Of a DNA stretch of 60,680 bases, positions 20,501 through 29,044 are shown in pieces. Within the stretch, counting starts at the first letter, position 1, and each line of letters starts with the position of its first letter. The notes beneath the pieces are model-generated. The model made no database searches, was not told the DNA's origin, and saw nothing but the letters and a program-made list of their open reading frames with translations. Source of the stretch: Thermoplasmata archaeon (GTDB lineage Archaea > Thermoplasmatota > Thermoplasmata > Lutacidiplasmatales > UBA184); the NCBI GenBank assembly GCA_028864975.1, contig JAGWLG010000020.1, forward strand, positions 1 through 60,680, written 5' to 3'. The translations under genes and the position numbers were made by a program.

Positions 20501-20836
20501 AACACCAGCTCGCTGGACTGCACGCCGACCCAGGAGGGAACGACGATGTCGAGCGTCGAGGTGATGGACGCCGCGGGGGGGGAGGCCTGGAGAACCCTGA
20601 ACCTAACGGTCGTGCCGCCATCTCCCCTCGGTAGGGGCGGGAACGACCCGTACCTCTACGTGGGAGTCGGCGCGGCGATCTTGGCCGTTGCGGCGGTCGT
20701 GCTGGTCCTTCTGCTACGACGGCGACGACCGAGCGACCCCACGACCGCGGGCCCGCAGGAGCCCTGGAAGGCCCCTGCTCAGGAGTACTTTCCCCCGGGC
20801 TCCCCACCCTCGGGATACGGGCCACCAGGACCGTGA
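17534..20836 (+). CDS. Surface protein with YVTN/YncE beta-propeller repeats, Ig-like repeats and C-terminal membrane anchor
   Basis: Signal peptide; many 'P.G.A.DP..G.LYV.DSGS..V.VI' blades; four Cys-pair Ig-like repeats; TM helix followed by RRRR and a Pro/Gly tail. Confidence 0.9.
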   Translation: MRGGYLTEGLAGALLVVLVVTSAASTLSTPWSPETQRAPAVNSSPNPPFHAPAQGGSLPTALLSPAATPTSSSAPNVSRSLVLFNGTSMSGNVLPPNDASPYALALDPSTSTLWVVGEYLGVLDEVSGTPAKVSRAISIPSGSLQVAYVPSTADVYVTGGASGNLTAVSATTGAVVQSFHLGTYLDGVLYVPSTTELYITDQQANQLLVFDPSSQSVVATVGVGTLPGALAWDPLNGLVYVADSGSGQLSVVNTTTNVLQFTIPVGSSPSAVAYDAVPQLVAVANSLSNNLTLVDAKTQSVVANPHVGTGPDGIAAYPPNGNLYVSDSGSNNLTVVNATTRAVMGSLPAGRSPAGLLYDSSDHVLYAANVRSGNLSEIALPSGKVVGEVVTGSNPINDAVDPINGDLYITDDRSDRVWVAVPSNLSLLSSVKVGGEPQGVAVDPRTNRIFVADSYPTVYDAEGGVSVIDGGTGALLATLPAGKIPVGVIDDPSTGEVYVTDAQGNNVTVINATTLRSVASVSVGAYPFGGTWDVDTGQVWVVDSTSGSVSVIDPVSHQVVGTVNVQAAPNAAAYDPLVREVFVANSGSDTVSVVNGSSLAVVATVTVGTGPSSVSVDTTNGFVETSVENQNSVAVLNARTRSVSSTYAVGVSPAGNAFDPAQGAFFTSNQDSGTVSYSGLLAALSFQASPNPVTLGQRTTLSLSVPDGAAIVSYRYLGLPMGCISTNASTLSCTPSAAGSADVTVNFWDDLGKSGTASLTLVVNGPLVAGAFAYPARFTQGHWTTLDLNSSGGTSPLLRVGLTGLPATVSCGATSIARSELVPCTASAPGNYTAQVWVQDSGGANASASTNLTVEPSLLLSTMSASPSLLGQGALTRIVVAAYRGTSPYTYSYRGLPSGCTTQNTSVLSCRPQASGNFTIGVTVSDLSGDEANASVLLRVYAPVSIVSFEASPSSITLGGSTIYSVSVTGGLTPYTFVYRSLPVGCTSSNTSSLDCTPTQEGTTMSSVEVMDAAGGEAWRTLNLTVVPPSPLGRGGNDPYLYVGVGAAILAVAAVVLVLLLRRRRPSDPTTAGPQEPWKAPAQEYFPPGSPPSGYGPPGP

Positions 20837-20937
20837 TCCCTGAAGGCGTCAAAGAAGCGTGAAGTAGCTTCGTTCCATCAAGGGTCGACCGCGTGCGGCA
20901 CTTGGCCGCGCGACCGTGTCCGTAGGAACAGGAGGAC

Positions 20938-21393
20938 ATGATGCCCGTCGATATCTCGCTCAAGCGAACCCCCGCGTACCGCGTGGCCACGCTCAAATGG
21001 AGCGGACCCTGGAACGAACGAAGGACCCAATCCCAGTTCGAGCGGGTCGCAAGGTGGACCCATGCCCAGGGAGCGAGGACGGGAGCGTGGATCTTTCTCG
21101 AGATGGGAGAGAACCGATGGCAGGCCTGCGTGCAGGTCGCAGGGAGCGTGCGGGGCGACGGGTCGGTCCGCGTCCGCTCGTTGCCCGCGGAGCAGGTGGC
21201 GAGCGTCCTCTTCGACCCCGACCAGGTCTCCCCTCGAGTGGTCTACCATGGGCTTGCGGACTGGGCACGGTGGCGCAAGAAGGAGAAGGAGATCCGGGGG
21301 ACCAAGGGCTTCCGGGAGGTCTATCGGGCGAACCCGTGGAAGGACCCGCGAGCCTGGGCACGGACGGAGGTCCAGCTCCTGCTTCGGAAGTAG
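20938..21393 (+). CDS. GyrI-like small-molecule-binding protein
   Basis: ISLKRTPAYRVA....GPW, P.QV, REVY...P...RTEVQ. AGGAGG RBS upstream. Confidence 0.8.
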   Translation: MMPVDISLKRTPAYRVATLKWSGPWNERRTQSQFERVARWTHAQGARTGAWIFLEMGENRWQACVQVAGSVRGDGSVRVRSLPAEQVASVLFDPDQVSPRVVYHGLADWARWRKKEKEIRGTKGFREVYRANPWKDPRAWARTEVQLLLRK

Positions 21394-21456
21394 GTGCGAC
21401 CTCCACGGAGACTGGGTCGCTCGGTCGTGCGCGCGCAGCATCGAGGGGTGACGGAG

Positions 21457-21789
21457 ATGGGAGAACGTTGGACGGTGGTGGGGGTGCTCGGGCTGAACCT
21501 GGGGCTCGGGTTCCTCGCCGGGGCGGTCGTCGAGGACCTGAGCGTCCCCTCGGCGGCCTTCCTCGCGGTCTCGACCGCGGTCATCTTTGGTCTGGGGATC
21601 GCCTTCTTGGAAGGCCCCTCGCTGATCCTCAGCATCGCTCTTCCCCGGCGGATCACCCGGATGTGGGTGAGAAACTCCCTTCAGGCCGGCGGACCCTTCC
21701 TCGCCTTCGTGGGGTACGTGGCCGCGTACGGCCTGCTCCTCCACCCCCCGTTCTCGTTCTCGTGGCCCTGGATCGTCCGTCACGCCTAG
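21457..21789 (+). CDS. Hypothetical membrane protein
   Basis: About 110 aa with three hydrophobic segments. Start set at ATG 21457. Confidence 0.6.
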   Translation: MGERWTVVGVLGLNLGLGFLAGAVVEDLSVPSAAFLAVSTAVIFGLGIAFLEGPSLILSIALPRRITRMWVRNSLQAGGPFLAFVGYVAAYGLLLHPPFSFSWPWIVRHA

Positions 21790-21869
21790 GGGGGAGCTCG
21801 CTCCGTTTCTCGAAGGTGGTTCATCCTAGAGAAGGAACATCTACCTTGATGGGTAGCGAACGCTGAGCC

Positions 21870-22313
21870 ATGTCGATGGACACTCGCGCACCGTCGCCCT
21901 TCGCCCCTCAGCCCGCCCGGTCCAACGCCCCTGCTGGCTACAGCCAGGCGGCCGCCGCCGCGGCCTATGGTCAAGGGTACGGGACCCCGGGGTACGACCC
22001 CGCCTATCCGGCGACCCCCGCCTTCGCGGGAGGCACCAGCGATGCGGAGATCGTCGAAGCGAAGAAGACCCACTCACGCGGGACGTGGATCTACCTGGTA
22101 GGCTGGATCGCGATCGCGGTGTCGCTTCCGTTGATGTTCGCGTCCATCGGCCTTGCGATCTCGAACGGTTCTCTCGGGTCGACGGCCCAGGCCCTGCTCT
22201 TGACAGGGCTGGGGATGCTCGCCGCCGGCATGGCGGTGCGAGGGGCCGGCTTCTCGCTCATGATGAAAGCGGACTTCACGGTCCGTGCTCACGCGTGGCT
22301 CGGTCAAAGGTAA
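21870..22313 (+). CDS. Hypothetical membrane protein
   Basis: Ala/Pro/Tyr-rich N-terminus followed by two TM helices. Confidence 0.65.
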   Translation: MSMDTRAPSPFAPQPARSNAPAGYSQAAAAAAYGQGYGTPGYDPAYPATPAFAGGTSDAEIVEAKKTHSRGTWIYLVGWIAIAVSLPLMFASIGLAISNGSLGSTAQALLLTGLGMLAAGMAVRGAGFSLMMKADFTVRAHAWLGQR

Positions 22314-22358
22314 GCTGGCCGACATCTCGCCCCCGCAGGGGGGTGCCAGGATCGCTCC

Positions 22359-25049
22359 TTACTTCCAGCCGTTCCCGGGGTAGTAGGAGGGCTCCGCGTA
22401 ACAACGGGCGGGCAGCTGACGAGGAGGAGGAGAGACCAGACCCCGTCGTCCCCCCTCCGTGGCGAGGTAGACGGCACCGGCGAGGAGGAGGATGGTCACG
22501 ATGGGGAGCAGCAGGTAGGCGACCGAGTCCGGCCCGCTGAAGATCGAGACGCTGAAGGTGATCGACCCACCACCGGCGCCCACCCTGCCGGTCTGGCCGC
22601 CCACGATGACCGACTGGTTCGAGGAGACGTTCGTCTGGAAGTGGTCGAGCACCCACACCGTTACGGTGTACGTGGCGCCGGCTCGGTAGGCATGCGTCGT
22701 GGTGTTGGTCGTGGTGGGTACGACGGCGCTGCCGTCCCCAAAGTCCCACGTGAAGGCGTAGGGAGGATCACCGCCGGAGACCGTGACACCGTAGCCTGCG
22801 GTCGCCCCCACCCCGGGCGATCCCGGAACCCTGGGCTTGTTCACGACGAGCGACGGCCATACGGTCAAGTTCAGGCTCTTCGATCGGGTCTGCCCGTCGG
22901 CGGGAGCATCCAAGACCCGGAAGGTCACCATGAACGTCCCATTGCCCGTGTACGTATGGGTCGGCGTCGGGGCGTACACCAGGGGCGAGCCGTCCCCGAA
23001 GTTCCAGCTGTAGTTGAACGGTGATTGCCCCCCGGTGAGGTTCTCCGAGAAAGTCGTCGTGAAGGGGGCATCCCCTGCAGTTGAGGCGGCGGAGACCGAG
23101 AGGCTCATCGGCCCCGCCCGGACCGTGATGGGGACCGTGTAGTTCCCCGTGTGGCCCGCGGTATCGGTCGCCGTCAGGGTCACGGGGAAGACGCCTCCCA
23201 CCACGTAGGTGTGCGAGGGGCTTGGCGCCCCCGAGGTCCCACCGTCTCCGAACTTCCATGATAGCGTGTACGGGGGAGCTCCTCCGGCGACGTTGGACGT
23301 GAAAGAGACGTTCAGAGGGGCCGTTCCCGAGGTCGACGAGGCGGTGAACGCGACCGCGACACTACCCTTGGGGGCCTTGACCTGGACCGTGGTGTTCGCC
23401 GAGGCCACGATGTTCACGCCGTCGACCACCGTGACCTTGGCCGAGTAGCTCCCGGCCCCCGCGTACACGTGGGTCGGGTCGGGGGTCGTGCTGGTCCCCC
23501 CATCTCCGAAGGTCCACGCGTAGGTCACCGGTGCCGTCCCCCCCGTCTCGTTCGCCCAGAAGGAGGTGACGTTCCCCGTGCCCCCGATGGCCGGGGAAGC
23601 GGCCACGGTCACGGCGGGAAGAGCCGAGATGTCGACCTGAGGGGACACCGTTTGGCTCACGGACTGACCATACGAATCAGTGACGTTCATGGTCGCCGTG
23701 TACCCCGCGCTCGGGGAGGAGTAGGTATGGCTCGCGTTCGCCGTTGTAGCCGTTCCTCCGTCGCCGAACCTCCACCCGATCGCGTAGGGGGTCTGGCCGC
23801 CCGAGATGGTCGAGCTGAACGTCACCACCTGCCCGACGTCGGTCGCGGTGGGGGTCGCGCTGACCGAGGCCGTCAGCGTGGTCCCGAGCGCCCAGGTGTC
23901 CGCGACATCGCTCGAGTTGGTCGACCCGCCGTACATGATCGGAAGGCCCCCGCCGGGGGGGGCGGCCGCCATCGTCCCGTCGCGGGGGGTCGGGTTCGTC
24001 GTGGGATAGAGCTGGGTCCAGTTCCCCCCCGAGAAGCTGTAGGTGCTCCCCAGGTCCCCCCCAGCCTGGTTCCCCTGGGTCAGGATGATGGTGTGCGTCG
24101 CGGAGTCCCAGAACATCACTCCGTTGGCGAGGGCGGGGGGAGAGGTCGTCGGGTTGAGCTGGAACCACTGGCCGCCTTTGAAGGCCCAGGTGTCCCCGAG
24201 GACGTTGTTGCCGTTGTAGCCCCCGAACAGGATGACCTCGTTCGTCGCGGGGTCGAAGGCCATCCCTTGAGCCTCGCGAACGGAGGGAGAGGTGGAAGGG
24301 GAGAGCACCTTCCAGCCTCCCGCGGCCGTGTAGACCGCGGTCTGCTGGGAGTAGTCGGTCGATCCGCACGCCGAATTGCTCGGGTTGAGGATGTCGATGT
24401 TGAACAGCGTGCATCCCCCGAAGAGGACGGCTTCGGAGTCGGCGGGGTCATCGGACATCCCACCCGCCAACACCGACGTGGGGAGCGTCCCTGAGACCTG
24501 GGTCCACGTGCCCTGCGCGTAGGTCCAGGAGTCTCCCATGTTGCAGGTGTCGGAAGCGAGGTTGATGCCGGTGCATCCGCCGAACATCACTACGCGAGAG
24601 TCCGCACTGTCGTAGGCGAGCGCAGGCTCGGCGCGTCCCGCGGGCGAGCAAGAGCTGCAGACCTGGTTCCACCCTCCCGATGTCGAGTACGTCCACGTGT
24701 CCCCGTCGGCGCTCGTCCCCCCGTTCTCGCCCCCGAACAGCACGGCATAGCTATCGCCGCTATCCCACGTCATCGACGAGTACGCACGCGCTGTGGGGGC
24801 CTTCCCCGCACGCGCGGTGAGGTCGATCCAGGTGGGAGAGCCCGTTTGGGGCAACGGGTGGGGGTTGGAAGTCGACCCTTTCAGGGACGGGACCGAGAGG
24901 GAGAGCGGGGCACCCGCCGCGGGGGGCGAGAGGTGCCCGATTCCCGCGAACAACGCAGGAACCGCCGAGGGAGCTGCGAGGAGGAGGACCAAGGCGAGCA
25001 CGCTCACCGGTCCCAGATAGGCCCAGGGGCCCCGCGCGGGCGAACGCAC
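22359..25049 (-). CDS. Surface protein: Kelch propeller plus about five PKD domains, C-terminal TM anchor
   Basis: Signal-peptide-like region from GTG 25049; Kelch blades (VLFGG...GDTW); repeated PKD 'W.FGDG...P.HTY'; C-terminal TM helix. The upstream part of the track ORF overlaps the next gene and is considered spurious. Confidence 0.88.
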   Translation of the reverse strand: MRSPARGPWAYLGPVSVLALVLLLAAPSAVPALFAGIGHLSPPAAGAPLSLSVPSLKGSTSNPHPLPQTGSPTWIDLTARAGKAPTARAYSSMTWDSGDSYAVLFGGENGGTSADGDTWTYSTSGGWNQVCSSCSPAGRAEPALAYDSADSRVVMFGGCTGINLASDTCNMGDSWTYAQGTWTQVSGTLPTSVLAGGMSDDPADSEAVLFGGCTLFNIDILNPSNSACGSTDYSQQTAVYTAAGGWKVLSPSTSPSVREAQGMAFDPATNEVILFGGYNGNNVLGDTWAFKGGQWFQLNPTTSPPALANGVMFWDSATHTIILTQGNQAGGDLGSTYSFSGGNWTQLYPTTNPTPRDGTMAAAPPGGGLPIMYGGSTNSSDVADTWALGTTLTASVSATPTATDVGQVVTFSSTISGGQTPYAIGWRFGDGGTATTANASHTYSSPSAGYTATMNVTDSYGQSVSQTVSPQVDISALPAVTVAASPAIGGTGNVTSFWANETGGTAPVTYAWTFGDGGTSTTPDPTHVYAGAGSYSAKVTVVDGVNIVASANTTVQVKAPKGSVAVAFTASSTSGTAPLNVSFTSNVAGGAPPYTLSWKFGDGGTSGAPSPSHTYVVGGVFPVTLTATDTAGHTGNYTVPITVRAGPMSLSVSAASTAGDAPFTTTFSENLTGGQSPFNYSWNFGDGSPLVYAPTPTHTYTGNGTFMVTFRVLDAPADGQTRSKSLNLTVWPSLVVNKPRVPGSPGVGATAGYGVTVSGGDPPYAFTWDFGDGSAVVPTTTNTTTHAYRAGATYTVTVWVLDHFQTNVSSNQSVIVGGQTGRVGAGGGSITFSVSIFSGPDSVAYLLLPIVTILLLAGAVYLATEGGRRGLVSPPPRQLPARCYAEPSYYPGNGWK

Positions 25050-25208
25050 GTTCTGGGAGCCGCCTGACTTGCTATTATGCCTTCGGCGGAGCGCACGCTC
25101 CCGGGCGGCCGTTCGAGATTCGTCACTCCTCGGGCCGGAGGGGGCTGACCCCCGCGACGGGCGCTCCGGAAGACCTTTGGAGGGGGCCGCCTTCCCCCGT
25201 CGGAGACG

Positions 25209-27443
25209 ATGGAGCAGCCTCTCGATCCTCGCGAGGGGCCGCTCTCGGCGGGGATCCGAGAGGTCCTGGACCGGTTGGAGGAAGGGTCGGGCTCGCTGCT
25301 GCTCGTCTCCGGCGGCGACGCCGCCACGCGCGAGGAGCATCTGCGGTCGATCGAACGCGAGGCCCGCGACCGACGGCTCAAGGTCGAGCGGCTCCGGGCG
25401 TCCACCTTCGACCAAGAGGTCCCCTTCGGAGCCCTCTTGGGTTGGCTCGCGGGCATGGTCCCGCTCGCCCGGCAGGCCCCAGAAGAAGAACGCGCCGCCT
25501 GGATCCCCTCGATCGCTCTCGCGGGACTGCGTGCCCTCGACCGGCCGGAAGACGGCGAGGCCGTCTCATCGGGCGCGGGGCCCCCCGACCCCCGCCCTTC
25601 GGAGGACGACCTGCCTCCGGTCCCGCCCGAGGAGATGCGGGTGGGAGTGCTGGGGCTCGTCGAATCGATGGTGCGTCAGCGGAGGAGCGTTGTCGCGGTC
25701 TCGGGTGCGGAGCACCTCGACCCGTCGAGCCGGGAGTGGCTCCTCCGTCTCGTGCCCGCGCTGGAGGCGCTCCCCCTGGTCATGGTCCTGGAGTTCTCCG
25801 AGGAGGGGGACGATCTCACCTTCTGGCGGACCGGCGAAGGACGAAAGGGCCGGACCTGGCACCGCCTGCCGACCCCCGAGCGGCCTTCGAGCCCCCAAGG
25901 GCCGGTCCCCTCCTCGGCCCGAACGCTCCCCCTCGACCCCCTCAGGATAATTGGCGGCGTGACGGTCGCGGGGCCGGACGCCCGCCTGGAGCTCCTCGCC
26001 GAGGTCCTCGGCATGTCACGAGAGAAACTGCGGAGCGAGCTCCGACGTCAGGTCTCGGAGGGTTGGCTCGTTGAGGACCCTCCGGGATGGGCGCCCGCGC
26101 GACGCCCCCTCGGTGAGGCGGCCCTCCGCGCGCTGGGGCCCGCGGCCGTGGCGCGATTGCATCACGCCCTCGCCGAGGCCCTGGAGCGGTCGAACCCCCA
26201 ACCCCGGGGCAAGCTGCTCTTCCGGATCGGGGAGCACTGGGAGCAGGCAGGAGTGCTCTCACCAGGGGTCGAACGTCTGATCGAGTCGGCCCACGAGTGC
26301 GAGCGCTGGGGCGCTCTCGAAGAGGGCGAACGCCGCTTCCAGAGGGCGCTCCTCCTCGCCCAGAACGATCCGAGCGAGCGAGGACGGCGGCAGGAGGAGA
26401 AGGTGTATGACCAGTTGGCGAGCTTGCGTCTCCGTTCGGAGAGCCCCGAAAAGGCGACCGAGGCCCTTCGGCGGGCGCTCGGGCTCGCCCAAGCACGGGG
26501 AGCCCCCGCGCGGGAGTGGGCCACGTACGTGGCCGGGATCGCCAACGCGGAGATCTCCTTGGGGGCCGACCCCGGGCCGGAGCTCACCTCCGCCCTCGCC
26601 CGGGTCGGAGATCGGTCGCCGGAAGCGGAGGCGGTCCTCCTGCGAGCCCACTCCCTCTACCTCAGCACCCGTGGTCGACCTCAGGAGGCGGTCGAGGTCG
26701 GGGAGCGGGCATGCGAGCTCGCGGAGCGCACCCAGGCGGCGGGGTTGAAGGTCCGTTGCCGTTCGACGGTCGCCAACGCGTACCTCTTCAGCGGTCAGAG
26801 CCCCGAACGGGCACGGCTGCATCTGCTCCGCGCGCTCCAGTTCCGACGATCGATCCAGGGAACCCCGGACCAGACCCTCTTGATCGACGCGCTCGACCGC
26901 CTGGCCTTGGTCGAGTTCAACCTGCGCAACTACCGGGCCGCCTTCCAGCGAGGGGAGGAGACGTTGCGGGAAGGACGACGGCTGGGCTCGCGGACGTCCG
27001 TGATGCACCTTCTGGGGAACGTGGGGGAGTATGCCTGCGCCGCTCAGGCGTACGACCGTGCGGCCGAGCTCACCCTGGAACTTCGGACGCTTTGCGACCG
27101 TTTCGGGACCCCTCCCGCTGACGACAACCGCCTGCAGTTGCTCCTGGTAGAGGCAGCGGTCGCCGCCGGTCGAGGCGACCTCAAGCTCGCCCGCGAGCGA
27201 CTGGACGAACTGGTCGCGGCGGCGGAGAAGGGGGGCGTTCGCTACTTCCTCGCTCAGGGCCTCGTGGCGCAGGCCGTCCTGGCCGATCGTGCGGGGGACC
27301 TCTCCCTGCTTCGGAGCTTCCTGCGCCGCCTGCGGAAGGAAGGGCTCTCGAAGACCCTCGGGGCCGAGAACCGTGCCCAGCTCGACGCGCTGGAGGCGAA
27401 GTCCCGGAACGTATCTCCCGGTCCGGGAGGCGCGAAGCGGTAG
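25209..27443 (+). CDS. Degenerate (likely inactive) STAND-like NTPase-TPR protein
   Basis: Colinear with the 152-3376 protein, but Walker A position reads SGGDAATR and Walker B position reads VSGAEHLD. TPR-like C-terminus. Confidence 0.7.
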   Translation: MEQPLDPREGPLSAGIREVLDRLEEGSGSLLLVSGGDAATREEHLRSIEREARDRRLKVERLRASTFDQEVPFGALLGWLAGMVPLARQAPEEERAAWIPSIALAGLRALDRPEDGEAVSSGAGPPDPRPSEDDLPPVPPEEMRVGVLGLVESMVRQRRSVVAVSGAEHLDPSSREWLLRLVPALEALPLVMVLEFSEEGDDLTFWRTGEGRKGRTWHRLPTPERPSSPQGPVPSSARTLPLDPLRIIGGVTVAGPDARLELLAEVLGMSREKLRSELRRQVSEGWLVEDPPGWAPARRPLGEAALRALGPAAVARLHHALAEALERSNPQPRGKLLFRIGEHWEQAGVLSPGVERLIESAHECERWGALEEGERRFQRALLLAQNDPSERGRRQEEKVYDQLASLRLRSESPEKATEALRRALGLAQARGAPAREWATYVAGIANAEISLGADPGPELTSALARVGDRSPEAEAVLLRAHSLYLSTRGRPQEAVEVGERACELAERTQAAGLKVRCRSTVANAYLFSGQSPERARLHLLRALQFRRSIQGTPDQTLLIDALDRLALVEFNLRNYRAAFQRGEETLREGRRLGSRTSVMHLLGNVGEYACAAQAYDRAAELTLELRTLCDRFGTPPADDNRLQLLLVEAAVAAGRGDLKLARERLDELVAAAEKGGVRYFLAQGLVAQAVLADRAGDLSLLRSFLRRLRKEGLSKTLGAENRAQLDALEAKSRNVSPGPGGAKR

Positions 27444-27527
27444 GCGTGCTACGGAAGAGGGGGGCAGATCAGCCCCCGCGAACCAGCGGCCAGAAGGAGG
27501 GGTCGAATCGAGGCTGGACGGGTATCG

Positions 27528-28943
27528 CTACCCGACCGCGCCGGTCATCTCCAGTTGGATCAGGCGGTTCAACTCGAGCGCGTAGTCGACGGGCAGCTCC
27601 TTCGCGAACTCCGCCAGGAACCCCATCAGGATCAGGTGGATCGCGTCCGACTCGTTGAGCCCGCGGCTCATGAGATAGAAGATCTGCTCCTCCCCGATCT
27701 TCCCCACGACTGCCTCGTGGGTGATGGTCACGTCCTCGTACTCGTGGACCTCGTTGTACGGGTACGTGTCCGACCGGGAGATCGCGTCGGGCAGCAGCGC
27801 GTCGCAACGAACCGCGGACTTCGACCCCGTCGCGCCACGGGCGACGTGCAGCAGCCCGCGGTAGGAGGTTCTCCCTCCGCGTATCGCGATCGACTTGCCG
27901 ATGATCTTGCTCGAGGTCTCCGGGGCCGAGTGGACCGCCTTCGCCCCGGAGTCGATGATCTGGCCCTCGCTGGCGAAAGCCACGGAGAGCATGTCGCCCC
28001 GGGCGCCGCGACCCTTGAGGTAGACGGAGGGATACTTCATCGTCACCTTGCTCCCGAGGTTCCCGTCGACCCACTCGACGAGAGAGTTCTCGAAGGCATG
28101 CGCCCGCTTCGTGACCAGATTGTAGACGTTCTTCGACCAGTTCTGGACGGTCGTGTACCGGATCTTGGCATCCGCCTCAGCGATGACCTCCACCACCGCG
28201 GCATGGAGCGAGTTCTCCGAGTAGACGGGTGCCGTGCAACCCTCGATGTAGTGGACCTTCGCGCCCTTGTCGGCGATGATGAGCGTCCGCTCGAACTGCC
28301 CTACGGACTTCGCGTTGATCCGGAAGTAGGCCTGGAGAGGGATCCCCGCGTCGACCCCGGGGGGGATGTAGACAAAGCTGCCCCCCGACCAGACGGCGCT
28401 GTTGAGCGCAGAGAACTTGTTGTCGTTGTACGGAACGATCTTCCCGAAGTACTTGCGCAGGATGTCGGGGTGCTCACGGACCGCGGTGTCCGTGTCGCAG
28501 AAGATGACGCCCTTCTTCGCGAGGTCATCGCGGATCTTGTGGTAGACGGTCCCGCTGTCGTACTGGGCCCCGACCCCCGCGAAGTACTCTCGCTCCGCCT
28601 TGGGGATGCCCAAGCGGTCGAAGGTGTTCTTGATGTCCGGGGGCAGGTCCTCCCATCGCTTCTTGGTGTCGCCCTCGGCGAGCGGGTTCGCGTAGTAGGT
28701 GTAGGCGTCGAAGTCCAGGTCCGAGAGGTCCGGACCCCAATCGGGCATGGGCCGCTGGAGGAAATGCTCGTACGCCCGCAGTCGGTACTCGAGCATCCAG
28801 GAGGGCTCGTGCTTGAGGTCGGAGATCTGACGGATGATGTCGCGCGAGAGCCCCTTCGCGGTCCGTACCTTGTAGGTCTCGGGGTCCTTGAAATCGTATC
28901 GGGTGTAGTCGAGGGGGGTGATCTCGGCAGCGTTCTGAGCCAT
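27528..28943 (-). CDS. sufB: Fe-S cluster assembly protein SufB
   Basis: From ATG 28943 (GGAGG RBS 7 nt upstream): GVGAQYDS, NKFSALNSAVWSGGSF, GQFERTLI, HYIEGCTAP, SLHAAVVE, HEA.VGKI.EEQIFYLMSRG. Confidence 0.96.
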   Translation of the reverse strand: MAQNAAEITPLDYTRYDFKDPETYKVRTAKGLSRDIIRQISDLKHEPSWMLEYRLRAYEHFLQRPMPDWGPDLSDLDFDAYTYYANPLAEGDTKKRWEDLPPDIKNTFDRLGIPKAEREYFAGVGAQYDSGTVYHKIRDDLAKKGVIFCDTDTAVREHPDILRKYFGKIVPYNDNKFSALNSAVWSGGSFVYIPPGVDAGIPLQAYFRINAKSVGQFERTLIIADKGAKVHYIEGCTAPVYSENSLHAAVVEVIAEADAKIRYTTVQNWSKNVYNLVTKRAHAFENSLVEWVDGNLGSKVTMKYPSVYLKGRGARGDMLSVAFASEGQIIDSGAKAVHSAPETSSKIIGKSIAIRGGRTSYRGLLHVARGATGSKSAVRCDALLPDAISRSDTYPYNEVHEYEDVTITHEAVVGKIGEEQIFYLMSRGLNESDAIHLILMGFLAEFAKELPVDYALELNRLIQLEMTGAVG

Positions 28944-28950
28944 GGTCGGA

Positions 28951-28993
28951 CCTCCCTTGGTCAACAAATTAGAACACCATTCAGTATTTAATT
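28951..28993 (-). promoter_or_regulatory. Internal sufB promoter/RBS region
   Basis: AT-rich island in a high-GC genome. ATTAAATA TATA-like box (28985-28992, minus), GGAGG (28951-28955) and AATTA-N17-TAATT (28967-28993). Confidence 0.5.
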
Positions 28994-29044
28994 CATCGGT
29001 AGCGATTGCGCCGACATAGCTCGCGGCATGGACAGGGCCCCGCC

